NCBI GenBank assembly: GCA_947630765.1
Contig: CANRIX010000012.1
Span: forward strand, 12,129 to 76,128
Origin: an uncultured Clostridia bacterium
GTDB taxonomy: Bacteria; Bacillota; Clostridia; Oscillospirales; CAG-382
Direction: 5' to 3'
DNA length: 64,000 nucleotides
Positions 35,002-46,110 of this stretch are shown in pieces; positions within the stretch are counted from its first letter, which is position 1; every line of letters starts with the position of its first letter. A program made the translations under genes and the position numbers. The notes beneath the pieces were generated by a model. That model saw only the letters and a list, made by a program, of their open reading frames with translations. It was not told the DNA's origin and ran no database searches.

Positions 35002-35232
35002 TCAGGAAATATCGTCCGTGAGGTAGTCGCGATCCGGGCTTCGTTCTTGAATTGTTCCGATTTTTGTTTCCGCCGTTTCGCGGTTGGGGACCCGAATCAA
35101 AATTCCTTCGTCTGTGGCGAATATTTCCACCCGTTTGCCTGTCGGCATTTTGAAGAAATCCCGATATTCTTTCGGGAGCGTTACCCTTCCCATATGGTCA
35201 ATTTTTCTGGTGATTCCGATCAAACCCGTCAT
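35002..35232 (-). CDS. AbrB/SpoVT-family DNA-binding transition-state-regulator-like protein
   Basis: 76 aa from the ATG at 35232 (RBS GGGGA). GITRKIDHMGRVTLPKEYRDFFKM parallels B. subtilis AbrB GIVRKVDELGRVVIPIELRRTLGI. Confidence 0.8.
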   Translation of the reverse strand: MTGLIGITRKIDHMGRVTLPKEYRDFFKMPTGKRVEIFATDEGILIRVPNRETAETKIGTIQERSPDRDYLTDDIS

Positions 35233-35272
35233 TTTGCTTCCCCTTTCCAAATTTGCAATTGGCATAGAATCT

Positions 35273-35287
35273 ATGCTATACGCTAAT
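35273..35287. promoter_or_regulatory. Third (12/15) copy of the ATGCTATTTGCTAAG motif, upstream of the AbrB-like gene
   Basis: ATGCTATACGCTAAT, which overlaps a 7-1-7 palindrome GCATAGA-A-TCTATGC at 35262-35276. It lies 41-55 nt upstream of the AbrB-like start. Confidence 0.45.
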
Positions 35288-35370
35288 TCTACACCCATAT
35301 TTACAGGAAAGATGTCGAACGGGGGTGGAGATTGATGACTTCTTTTGTCAACTTTCGGCGAAAAAGTACA

Positions 35371-35401
35371 AAAAAAGGAGACGCCGGGATTCGGCGTCTC
35401 C
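35371..35401 (-). terminator. Rho-independent terminator (minus strand) after the XRE regulator gene
   Basis: GGAGACGCCG (35377-35386) pairs with CGGCGTCTCC (35392-35401). The plus-strand A-run at 35371-35376 reads as a T-run on the minus strand. Confidence 0.8.
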
Positions 35402-35412
35402 GAAGTAACGGA

Positions 35413-35736
35413 TTACTGCTGGTTTTCAACGTAGACCGCAATCATTTCCGCGATGCACTTCCGCTGTTTGGGCGACAACCCTGCGAGCATCTGCGTGATT
35501 TCGTCAAAGACATAATCTTTCCCGGTCGAAAGCTCGTTTCTCAGGATATAGTCCGCCGAAACGCCCAAGGCCTCGATCAGTTTGATAAAGACTTTCAGGC
35601 TCGGCATTTTCTTCCCACGCTCGATCTCGCCGAGGTACATGACGCCGATATCGGCAAGTTCCGCAAGCTGTTCCTGCGTCAGCGACCTGCCGGTCCGCGC
35701 TTCCCGCAGCGCTTTGCCTAATTCGACCTTATCCAC
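35413..35736 (-). CDS. XRE-family helix-turn-helix transcriptional regulator
   Basis: 107 aa with a GTG start after AAGGGGG. HTH_3 signature: LREARTGRSLTQEQLAELADIGVMYLGEIERGKKMPSLKVFIKLIEALGV. Confidence 0.85.
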   Translation of the reverse strand: MDKVELGKALREARTGRSLTQEQLAELADIGVMYLGEIERGKKMPSLKVFIKLIEALGVSADYILRNELSTGKDYVFDEITQMLAGLSPKQRKCIAEMIAVYVENQQ

Positions 35737-35747
35737 TTGTCCGCCCC

Positions 35748-35840
35748 CTTAGCAAATAGCATGAATTCTACCAAAAGTATACGCGATACCGCCACAAAAG
35801 GGAATAAGCGCATGGCGTTTCATATATGCTATTTGCTAAG
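35748..35840. repeat. Perfect 15-bp inverted repeat bracketing the XRE promoter region
   Basis: CTTAGCAAATAGCAT (35748-35762) and its exact reverse complement ATGCTATTTGCTAAG (35826-35840), separated by 63 nt of AT-rich sequence. The proximal arm abuts the XRE RBS. Confidence 0.85.
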
Positions 35841-35856
35841 AAGAAAAAGAGCTTTT

Positions 35857-36600
35857 TTATTTGTCTTGCGTCGGGTCTTGTGCCGCGGATTCGCAGAGCG
35901 CCGCCAATTCCGCGTCGGTCGCCTCACGGACAGCGCCTTCCGGCAGGTCGTCCGGCAGATTGAGGTTTCCGATGGCGACGCGGTGCAGCCCGACGACCGC
36001 CGCGCCGCAGGCGGCGAACATCCGCTTGATCTGGTGGTATCGCCCCTCGGTCAGGGTCACGAGGGCGGTATTTTGCCCGACGATCGAAAGCGACGCCGGT
36101 TTGCAGACCCCGTCGGAGAGTTCCACCCCTTTCGCGAAGCGTTTCGCCATTTCTTCGGTCGGCGGGACGTCGAGCGTGACGAAGTAGCGCTTCTTGACGT
36201 GCCGCTTGGGGGCGAGGATGCGGTGGGCGAACTGCCCGTCGTCGGTCAGGAGCATCAGCCCGGTCGTGTCCTTGTCCAGCCGCCCCGCCGGGAACAGCCC
36301 GCGCCGGAACAGTGTCGGCGGGACCAGTTCGAGCACGGTGGGTCCGTCCCCCGCGTCGGTCGACGAAACGTAGCCCTTCGGCTTGTGGAGCAGCAGGTAG
36401 ACGTGGGTTTTAAGCGTCAGCGGGACGCCGTCGATCGCGACGGACGCGGTTTCCGGGTCGATTTTCTGCTCCGCGCTCTTCGCCCGCACGCCGTCGACCG
36501 TGACCCGTCCGCGTGCGATCAGCGCTTTCGCGTCCCGGCGGGAAAGCGGGGTCTCCCCGCCCTGCGAAGCGAGCAGTTTGTCCAGCCGTTCGGGCTTCAT
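35857..36600 (-). CDS. rRNA pseudouridine synthase, RsuA/RluB family (S4 domain + PseudoU_synth_2)
   Basis: 247 aa. S4 N-terminus: RLDKLLAS..SRRDAKALIARGRVTVDG. Catalytic motif: GRLDKDTTGLMLLTDDG. Confidence 0.88.
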   Translation of the reverse strand: MKPERLDKLLASQGGETPLSRRDAKALIARGRVTVDGVRAKSAEQKIDPETASVAIDGVPLTLKTHVYLLLHKPKGYVSSTDAGDGPTVLELVPPTLFRRGLFPAGRLDKDTTGLMLLTDDGQFAHRILAPKRHVKKRYFVTLDVPPTEEMAKRFAKGVELSDGVCKPASLSIVGQNTALVTLTEGRYHQIKRMFAACGAAVVGLHRVAIGNLNLPDDLPEGAVREATDAELAALCESAAQDPTQDK

Positions 36601-37472
36601 GCGGGGTTGCGCGGCAGGGCGTAGGTGCCGAGGACTGCCCGCTTGACGAGCATGTAGTCAACGGCATTGACGGCGCCGTCCCGGTTCACGTCCGCGTAGC
36701 CGGTGCGTTCGCCGAGAGAAAAGGTGCCGAGGACGTCCCGCTTGACGAGCATATAATCCACGGCATTTACGCGGCCGTCGCCGTTCGCGTCGCCGAGGTC
36801 CAGACGGTACAGGGCGTCGACGAGTGCGGACGCGTAGAGCGCGTAGCCCCGTGCGTTCGGGTGTACGCCGTCCGCGAGCAGACCGTCGACCGTGCCCTTA
36901 GTCATTTCCGCCGTTTCGGTGAAGATTCGGTACAGGTCCGCCGTGACCAGACCGTATTCCGCCGCGAGCTCCCGCGCAGCAAGGACGTATTGCAGGTAGA
37001 AGGCGTTCGCCCCGCCGTGCGGTTCAAATACGGCGCGGTCGTGCCGGGTGTAGTAGTCGGTTTCGCCGATCGGGTTTTCGATGACCAGCACCACGCGTGC
37101 GCCGGCGGCGGTCGCCCGTTCGATCATGTCCCGCAGATTTGCGCGATAGGTTTCGAGCGGCACATACTTCGCCATGTCCAGCGCCGCGTCGTTCATGCCG
37201 AAGGAGAGCAGCAGGACGTCCGGCTTTTGCGCGAGCGCCGAGGCAAACGCCGCCCGCCCGTCGGCGGAATTCCAGCCCCCGACGGCCTTATTGACGACGG
37301 AAATGCCGAACGCCTTTTCCGCGTCGGAGAACCACGCCCCGGAAGCCGTGATGCTGTCGCCGAACGCGACGATCTTTTTGTCCCGGCTTGTCAGTGCGGA
37401 CGGGCAGACCGCGCAAACGGAGAAAAGCACGGAAAGCGCCAGCAGGAGGGAAGAAAAGCGGAACCGTTTCAT
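36597..37472 (-). CDS. Secreted SGNH/GDSL-family esterase with C-terminal dockerin
   Basis: 291 aa from the ATG at 37472, with signal MKRFRFSSLLLALSVLFSVCAVC. SGNH block I is IVAFGDSITASG; later blocks are GMND and DGVHPN. Dockerin at 36600-36794 (GDANGDGRVNAVDYMLVKRDVLGTF..DVNRDGAVNAVDYMLVKRAVLGTY). The stop overlaps the rsuA-like start (ATGA). Confidence 0.85.
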   Translation of the reverse strand: MKRFRFSSLLLALSVLFSVCAVCPSALTSRDKKIVAFGDSITASGAWFSDAEKAFGISVVNKAVGGWNSADGRAAFASALAQKPDVLLLSFGMNDAALDMAKYVPLETYRANLRDMIERATAAGARVVLVIENPIGETDYYTRHDRAVFEPHGGANAFYLQYVLAARELAAEYGLVTADLYRIFTETAEMTKGTVDGLLADGVHPNARGYALYASALVDALYRLDLGDANGDGRVNAVDYMLVKRDVLGTFSLGERTGYADVNRDGAVNAVDYMLVKRAVLGTYALPRNPA

Positions 37473-37504
37473 GTTTTGTTCGTCCTTTCGCACGCTTTTT
37501 GTTC

Positions 37505-37533
37505 AGTGTAGCATAAAATCGGGAAATTTTCAA
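37505..37533 (-). promoter_or_regulatory. Sigma-A-type promoter (minus strand) of the SGNH-dockerin / pseudouridine synthase pair
   Basis: Read on the minus strand: TTGAAA (37533-37528), 17 nt, TACACT (37510-37505) preceded by TGc (extended -10). Confidence 0.55.
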
Positions 37534-37553
37534 GGGAAAGTTCCGCAAAACCC

Positions 37554-37581
37554 TTGCATTTTTTCGGATTTATGGTAAGAT
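37554..37581 (+). promoter_or_regulatory. Sigma-A-type promoter of the DUF4434-like / FAD-protein pair
   Basis: TTGCAT (37554-37559), 16 nt, TAAGAT (37576-37581). Confidence 0.5.
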
Positions 37582-37617
37582 AAGGAAAAAGGAAACCGGA
37601 AAGAAGGAAATTTGTTT

Positions 37618-38583
37618 ATGCAAAAACCGATCGTTGGCACATGGTTTGAATTCTGGCACCACAACATCGCAGAGGGCAAGTACTGGAACCCGATCTGCCG
37701 CCATTTCACCGCCGAACAGTGGGAAGCGAAGGTGGACGAGATCGCGTCCGTGGGGATGAAGTACATCGTCCTGCTCGCCACCGGCATCGGCTACGACGAG
37801 GGGTTCGAGTGCTACTTCCACACCGACCTCGCCCCGTTCGCCGATATGGCGTGCAAGGACCCGATCGGGGCGCTGCTGAAGGCCGCCGACCGCAACGGGA
37901 TCAAGGTGTTCGTTTCGACAGGCTTTTACGGCAACTGGACCCACACGATGGAGAACATGACCTCCCCCGAGGTCACCGCTCGCGCCTTCAAGGCGATGGA
38001 GCAACTCTGGGCGCAGTACGGGTCGCACGAGTCCTTCTACGGCTGGTACTACCCGGACGAGACCTGCATCGACGGGCATTTCCACCCGGCGTTCCTCGAA
38101 TACGTCAACCGCTATTCCGCCCACGCGCGTAAGATCGCGCCCGGCACCAAGACGCTCATCGCCCCCTACGGCACGAACATCCTCAAGGCGGACGCGGAAT
38201 ACGTCGAGCAGCTGAAGAACCTCGACGTGGACATCGTCGCCTATCAGGACGAGATCGGCGTGCGCAAGTCCAAGCCGGAGGACACCGCCGCCTACTACCG
38301 GGCGCTGCGCGAGGCGCACGACGCGGCCGGACGCTCCGCGCTCTGGGCGGATATGGAGGTTTTCCAGTTCGAGGACCAGGTCTACCGTTCCGCGCTGCTG
38401 CCCGCGACGATGGAGCGCGTCGAGCGGCAGATCGAGTCCATCGCCCCGTATGTGGACGAGATCCTCTGCTACCAGTATCAGGGCATGTTCAACAAGCCCG
38501 GCACCATCGCCTACTGCGGACACCCGGATTCCGTCCGCTTCTACGAGGAGCTTGCCGAACATAACCGCAAGTACGGCGGATAA
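37618..38583 (+). CDS. DUF4434-like putative glycoside-hydrolase-fold (TIM-barrel) protein
   Basis: 321 aa from the ATG at 37618. IVGTWFEFWHHN..W..QW..EIASVGMKYIVL..GWYYPDE..VAYQDEIG resembles the DUF4434 pattern. No signal peptide. Confidence 0.55.
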   Translation: MQKPIVGTWFEFWHHNIAEGKYWNPICRHFTAEQWEAKVDEIASVGMKYIVLLATGIGYDEGFECYFHTDLAPFADMACKDPIGALLKAADRNGIKVFVSTGFYGNWTHTMENMTSPEVTARAFKAMEQLWAQYGSHESFYGWYYPDETCIDGHFHPAFLEYVNRYSAHARKIAPGTKTLIAPYGTNILKADAEYVEQLKNLDVDIVAYQDEIGVRKSKPEDTAAYYRALREAHDAAGRSALWADMEVFQFEDQVYRSALLPATMERVERQIESIAPYVDEILCYQYQGMFNKPGTIAYCGHPDSVRFYEELAEHNRKYGG

Positions 38584-38587
38584 CGTC

Positions 38588-40183
38588 ATGTTTCGGATCA
38601 CCCTGCGTCTGCCGTCTGGAACGCCCGAAGCGCTCCGGGCGGCGGTTTGCAAAAAGCTGGGCGTCGGCGCGGACGAAGTGGCGGTCCTGCCGCGCAAGCG
38701 GTCCGTGGACGCCCGTGGGACGCCGACGTTCGTCTGGACGGCGGACCTGCGCTTCGCCGACCCGGAAACCGAAGCCTTCCTGCTTCGGAAGCATGGGGAG
38801 TTGCTGTCCGTTCCGCCGGAGGAGGTCCCGTATCGGTTCCCGACGGCGCAGGCGGTGTTGCCGGAACATCCGGTCGTGGTCGGGTTCGGTCCGGCGGGGA
38901 TCTTCTGCGCCCTGCTGCTGGCGCGGTGCGGACTGCGCCCGGTCGTGCTGGAGCGGGGCGGTCCGCTGGAGGAGCGCGTCCCGGCGGTGGAAACCTTCTT
39001 CCGGGCGGGCACGCTCGATCCGTCCTGCAACATCCAGTTCGGAGAGGGCGGCGCGGGCGCGTTTTCGGACGGAAAACTCAATACGCTGGTCAAGGACCGT
39101 TCCTTCCGGGGGACGTTTGTGCTCGAGCAGCTGGTTTCCGCCGGAGCGCCGGAGGAACTTCTTTGGCAGAGCAAGCCGCACATCGGGACCGACCTGCTGC
39201 GCGAAGTGCTGCAGAATCTGCGGCGGGAGATCTGCGCCCTCGGCGGGGAAGTGCGCTTCCACGCGCAGGCGACGGGTCTGCTCGCGGCGGACGGACGCGT
39301 GCGCGGCGTGGTCTGCGCGGACGGCGAAACGGTTTCGAGCGGGACGGTCGTGCTCGCGGTCGGGCATTCCGCCCGGGACACCTTCCGCGCTCTGCACGCG
39401 CAGGGGATCCCCATGGAGCGCAAGCCCTTTTCCGTCGGCGTCCGCATCGAACACCCGCAATCCTGCATCAACCGTTCACAGTACGGGCGGGAACGGCTGC
39501 CCGGATTCCCGGCGGCGGACTATAAGCTGGTCGCGCACACCCGGAACGGGCGGACGGTCTACACGTTCTGCATGTGTCCGGGCGGGGTGGTGGTCGCCGC
39601 GGCGTCCGAACCGGGCGGCGTGGTGACGAACGGCATGAGCTATCACGCGCGGGACGGCGAAAACGCCAACAGCGCCCTGCTGTGCGAGGTATTGCCGTCG
39701 GACCTGCCGGACGGGCTGTTCGCGGGTCTAGCGTTCCAGCGGGAGCTCGAACAGGCTGCGTTCCGTGCGGGCGGGGGCGGATTCCGCGCACCGGCGCAGA
39801 CTGTCGGGGATTTCCTCGCGGGGAAGGCGAGCACGGCGTTCGGCGGCGTGCGGCCGACCTATTCCCGCGGCGTCACGCCGTGCGACCTGCGGACGGTCCT
39901 GCCCGCGTTCGTTTCCGCGTCGCTTGCGGAGGCGCTGCCGCTGTTCGGGCGCAAATTACATGGATTTAACCGTCCGGACGCGGTGCTGACCGGCGTGGAA
40001 AGCCGAAGTACTTCCCCGATTCGCATCCTGCGCGGGGAAACCATGCAGTCGCCGTCGCTCGCCGGACTTTATCCGATCGGCGAGGGCGCGGGCTACGCGG
40101 GCGGCATCGTTTCCGCCGCGATCGACGGCGTGAAGTGCGCCGAAACGATCGTCCTGTCCGCAAACCGGGAAGCGCTTCGCTGA
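38588..40183 (+). CDS. FAD-dependent dehydrogenase of the COG2509 type
   Basis: 531 aa. The ATG lies 4 nt after the upstream stop. N-terminal ferredoxin-like segment, then VVVGFGPAGIFCALLLARCGLRPVVLERG (dinucleotide fold), FSDGKL, GIPMERKPFSVGVRIEH, GEGAGYAGGI. Confidence 0.8.
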   Translation: MFRITLRLPSGTPEALRAAVCKKLGVGADEVAVLPRKRSVDARGTPTFVWTADLRFADPETEAFLLRKHGELLSVPPEEVPYRFPTAQAVLPEHPVVVGFGPAGIFCALLLARCGLRPVVLERGGPLEERVPAVETFFRAGTLDPSCNIQFGEGGAGAFSDGKLNTLVKDRSFRGTFVLEQLVSAGAPEELLWQSKPHIGTDLLREVLQNLRREICALGGEVRFHAQATGLLAADGRVRGVVCADGETVSSGTVVLAVGHSARDTFRALHAQGIPMERKPFSVGVRIEHPQSCINRSQYGRERLPGFPAADYKLVAHTRNGRTVYTFCMCPGGVVVAAASEPGGVVTNGMSYHARDGENANSALLCEVLPSDLPDGLFAGLAFQRELEQAAFRAGGGGFRAPAQTVGDFLAGKASTAFGGVRPTYSRGVTPCDLRTVLPAFVSASLAEALPLFGRKLHGFNRPDAVLTGVESRSTSPIRILRGETMQSPSLAGLYPIGEGAGYAGGIVSAAIDGVKCAETIVLSANREALR

Positions 40184-40198
40184 AATTCACGCTGCAAA

Positions 40199-40240
40199 CA
40201 AAAAAATGCCGTGCGAGACCCGCACGGCATTCCTTTTTTT
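40199..40240. terminator. Bidirectional rho-independent terminator between convergent genes
   Basis: AATGCCGTGCG (40205-40215) pairs with CGCACGGCATT (40221-40231). It is flanked by an A-run (40199-40206) and TTTTTTT (40234-40240). Confidence 0.85.
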
Positions 40241-40243
40241 GCG

Positions 40244-41632
40244 TTATTTCGCGTATTCTGCGCCGCGGGCGACCATGATCTCCCGAACGGCGGCGCCGTC
40301 CACCTGATGCACGGACACGCCGTCCCGCAGGGAGAGCGCGGCGCCGATGCCCGCCGCCTCGCCGGACGACCGGGCGACGATCTGGATGCGGCTGCTGGCC
40401 TCGGCGATGAAATCCGTCCCCATGCACCGCCCGCAGACCAGCAGGTTCTCCACGTCCTTGACCTGCAGGCAGCCGAACGGGATATCGTACCACGGCTTGC
40501 TGTCGACCGGCTCGTCGACCAGATAGCGGTTCTGGAGGACCGCGCCGTGGATGTCGATCGGGTAGTTGCACTGGCAGAACATATCCGGGAACTTGCGCTT
40601 GCAGAGGATGTCCTCGGCGGTCAGGACGTAGTCGGTCACGATTTCCCGGCTCTCGCGGATGCCGACCATCGCGGCGATCTCGGCGATGTACGCGTCCTCG
40701 AAGCCCTTGAAGTACTTCTTGTAGAACGCGAGCTGGCGGACGACCGCCTTCTTGCCGTTGACCTGCGCGAGCGTCAGGTCCTCCGGGTTCGTGCCGTCGA
40801 CGCGGTCGAAGAACTCGGGGCAGTTGAAGGCGACGGAACCCTTCCGACCGGGCAGACCGAACGCTTGCCAGTAGAGGTAGTCCTCGGGGATCAGGTCGCC
40901 GTTGGCGACGGCCTCCTCAAAGACGGCGGTCAGCGTGACGGGGGGATTGCTCTTGCAGCAGTCCGCGTACATATCCAGCCCGTTCGGGTTGGCGTAGGCG
41001 TTGCGGTCGACGCCGGTCTTTTCGATCTGTTCGCGGAAGAAGCCGTTCAGTGCGGCGAAATCCACGTTGTCGATGATGTAGCGCAGGGACATCGGCTGGT
41101 TCTTGCCGGTTTCCGGGTTGCCCTTGTTGTAGGCGGCGCCCGCCCGCACGCTGACGTCGCCGTCGCCGGTCGCGTCGATGAAAATTTTGCCCTTCACCAG
41201 CGAAAGCCCGGCTTTGTTGGCGATGACGACGGCGGAGATCCTGCCGTTTTCCGTCACGACCTCGGGGATAAACGTGTGGTAGAGCAGTTTTACCCCGGAC
41301 TCCACGCACATCTGTTCGAGCGCGACGCCCAGCAGCAGCGGGTCGAATCGGTTGCCCTCCGGGTTTGCGGCGTCCATCGCCAGCAGTTTTTGCTGCAGGA
41401 GCGGGTAAATGTAGGAGCTGTGGGGGTTGCCGTCGATGTGGGTGTGCATCAGCGGGGTGGTCAGCCCGGCGGTCGCGGTGCCGCCGAGCGTGCCGAACTG
41501 CTCGACGAGCAGGACGGAGCGCCCTTCGTTGGCCGCCGCGATCGCGGCGAACGCCCCGGCAGTTCCGCCGCCGCAGACGACGACCTCCGCTTCGGCGTAG
41601 ACGGGTAGACGAGAGAAATCGGTGTTTGCCAT
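40244..41632 (-). CDS. FAD-dependent oxidoreductase (FAD_oxidored family)
   Basis: 462 aa. The N-terminal VVVCGGGTAGAFAAIAAANEGRSVLLVEQFGTLGGTAT is a classic GxGxxG FAD fold. Confidence 0.8.
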   Translation of the reverse strand: MANTDFSRLPVYAEAEVVVCGGGTAGAFAAIAAANEGRSVLLVEQFGTLGGTATAGLTTPLMHTHIDGNPHSSYIYPLLQQKLLAMDAANPEGNRFDPLLLGVALEQMCVESGVKLLYHTFIPEVVTENGRISAVVIANKAGLSLVKGKIFIDATGDGDVSVRAGAAYNKGNPETGKNQPMSLRYIIDNVDFAALNGFFREQIEKTGVDRNAYANPNGLDMYADCCKSNPPVTLTAVFEEAVANGDLIPEDYLYWQAFGLPGRKGSVAFNCPEFFDRVDGTNPEDLTLAQVNGKKAVVRQLAFYKKYFKGFEDAYIAEIAAMVGIRESREIVTDYVLTAEDILCKRKFPDMFCQCNYPIDIHGAVLQNRYLVDEPVDSKPWYDIPFGCLQVKDVENLLVCGRCMGTDFIAEASSRIQIVARSSGEAAGIGAALSLRDGVSVHQVDGAAVREIMVARGAEYAK

Positions 41633-41658
41633 GAGAATTCTGTCCTTTCGGGTGTTTT

Positions 41659-44612
<2,954 letters not shown>

Positions 44613-44617
44613 GCGTT

Positions 44618-45268
44618 TTAACCTCCTTCGGTCGGGTCCGGCAGGAAAATGCCGTCCCAGACCGCTTTGACGCGGGCGATCGGCTCCCGCAGGTAGTTTC
44701 GGATGCCGTAGACCCACAGCTCCGCCGCGACGCCTTTGCACTGCAGTCCCAGCCGGTCGGCGAGGTAGAGCGCACGGGGCAGGAAAAGGGACTGCGTGAC
44801 GATCAGAACGCTTTCGGCGTGATAGACATATTTTGCCCGCCAAAGGCTTTCATAAGTCGAAAGACCGAGCGGATCCTGCAGGATCTGCGTTTCCGCAGCG
44901 CCCGCCGCCTCCGCGTAGACCGCCATCGCGCCGACTTCGTCATACGCGTCTGGGTCTTCCGAGTCGCCGGAGAGCAGCAGGGTTTCCGCGTAACCGTCCA
45001 ACAGCAGGGACAGCCCGACGTCCATGCGGTCCTGCAGGACCGGGTAGAGCGTGCCGTCCGGGTGGACGCGTGCGCCGGGGACGAGGATGCAGTCGAAGCG
45101 CGTCCCGTCCGACGCGAGCTCCTCCCGCGTCGTTTGCAGCGGGAACGCGGAAATCCGAACGATCAGGGTGCAGACCAGCACCACGAGCAGCAGGAACGCG
45201 GCCACCCCGACGAGCACGCGGAACCACGTCCGCCGCGGGAGGGAACGCAGGGTCTCCTTCCAGTTCAT
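44618..45268 (-). CDS. SanA/YdcF (DUF218) family membrane-anchored protein
   Basis: 216 aa. N-terminal TM: FRVLVGVAAFLLLVVLVCTLIV. DUF218 body: DCILVPGARV..LLLSGDS..YDEV..VTQSLFLPRALYLA. Confidence 0.8.
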   Translation of the reverse strand: MNWKETLRSLPRRTWFRVLVGVAAFLLLVVLVCTLIVRISAFPLQTTREELASDGTRFDCILVPGARVHPDGTLYPVLQDRMDVGLSLLLDGYAETLLLSGDSEDPDAYDEVGAMAVYAEAAGAAETQILQDPLGLSTYESLWRAKYVYHAESVLIVTQSLFLPRALYLADRLGLQCKGVAAELWVYGIRNYLREPIARVKAVWDGIFLPDPTEGG

Positions 45269-46110
45269 AGAGAACGGTAGTACGCCTGCATGGCACGGGC
45301 GTCCTCGGACTGCGTCCCGGCGGATTCGCTGATGAACGTCGGGGAAACGCCCAGCGAGACGACCGCACGCAGCAGCGGACGGTGGTCGGGTCCGAACGTC
45401 TCGTCGGCGAAGGTCAGGTGCCGTTTTTCGCCTTTCTCGGTGTATTCGATGCGGGAGAAATGGCAGTGCAGGGTTTCCGCCGCTTCCGGGCCGAGTTCCT
45501 CGGCGATGCGGTCGAAAATGCGCTTGAAATCGTCCTCCGTGCGCAAAATCCCCTGCTCACGGGCATTGATATGCCCGAAATCCACGACCGGGACGAAGCG
45601 GGGGGACAGCTTGCAGAGCGTCAAAACCTCGTCGAGCGTGCCGAGCTGGTTCAGCTTGCCCATGGTTTCCAGCCCGAGCTTGACGGAAAAGCCGTTTTCC
45701 GCCAGCATTTCGTCCGCCTGCCGAAGCGTGTCGGCCGCATACGCCATCGCGGTTTCACGGGAGATTTTCGCGGCGGACCCGGTGTGTACGACCATGACCG
45801 TCGCGCCGAGATCCGCCGACGCGCGGGCGGATTCGTAGAGGTATTCCACGCTTTTTTGCCGTTTTTCCGGCTCAACGGAGGAAAGCGAGACGAAGTACGG
45901 CGTATGCAGGGACATGCGCACGCCGTGGGCGACCGCCTCCCTGCCGATGGCGGAAAGCGTTTCGGGGGTCGCGGAGATGCCCTGCCCCGCCTCGTATTCG
46001 TAGGCGTCCAGCTCGCAGGAAGCGACGAAACGGGGGGCGTCCAGCGTGGATTTCCAGCCGGCACGGCGGAATTCGTCGGAGTTCCCGCCGGGTCCGAAAT
46101 GTGCGCTCAT
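45265..46110 (-). CDS. Endonuclease IV-like (AP_endonuc_2 / xylose-isomerase-like TIM barrel) protein
   Basis: 281 aa. Metal-ligand contexts in Nfo order: LHTPY, VVHTG, LGLETM, VDFGHIN, HCHFS..E. ATGA overlaps at both gene junctions. Confidence 0.7.
   Translation of the reverse strand: MSAHFGPGGNSDEFRRAGWKSTLDAPRFVASCELDAYEYEAGQGISATPETLSAIGREAVAHGVRMSLHTPYFVSLSSVEPEKRQKSVEYLYESARASADLGATVMVVHTGSAAKISRETAMAYAADTLRQADEMLAENGFSVKLGLETMGKLNQLGTLDEVLTLCKLSPRFVPVVDFGHINAREQGILRTEDDFKRIFDRIAEELGPEAAETLHCHFSRIEYTEKGEKRHLTFADETFGPDHRPLLRAVVSLGVSPTFISESAGTQSEDARAMQAYYRSL

Noticed and set aside
35002-35736. AbrB/MazE-like + XRE pair as a toxin-antitoxin module
   Set aside because: No toxin-like ORF (MazF, HipA or similar) is adjacent. 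The two genes are separated by a terminator, and the AbrB-like protein aligns best with transition-state regulators.
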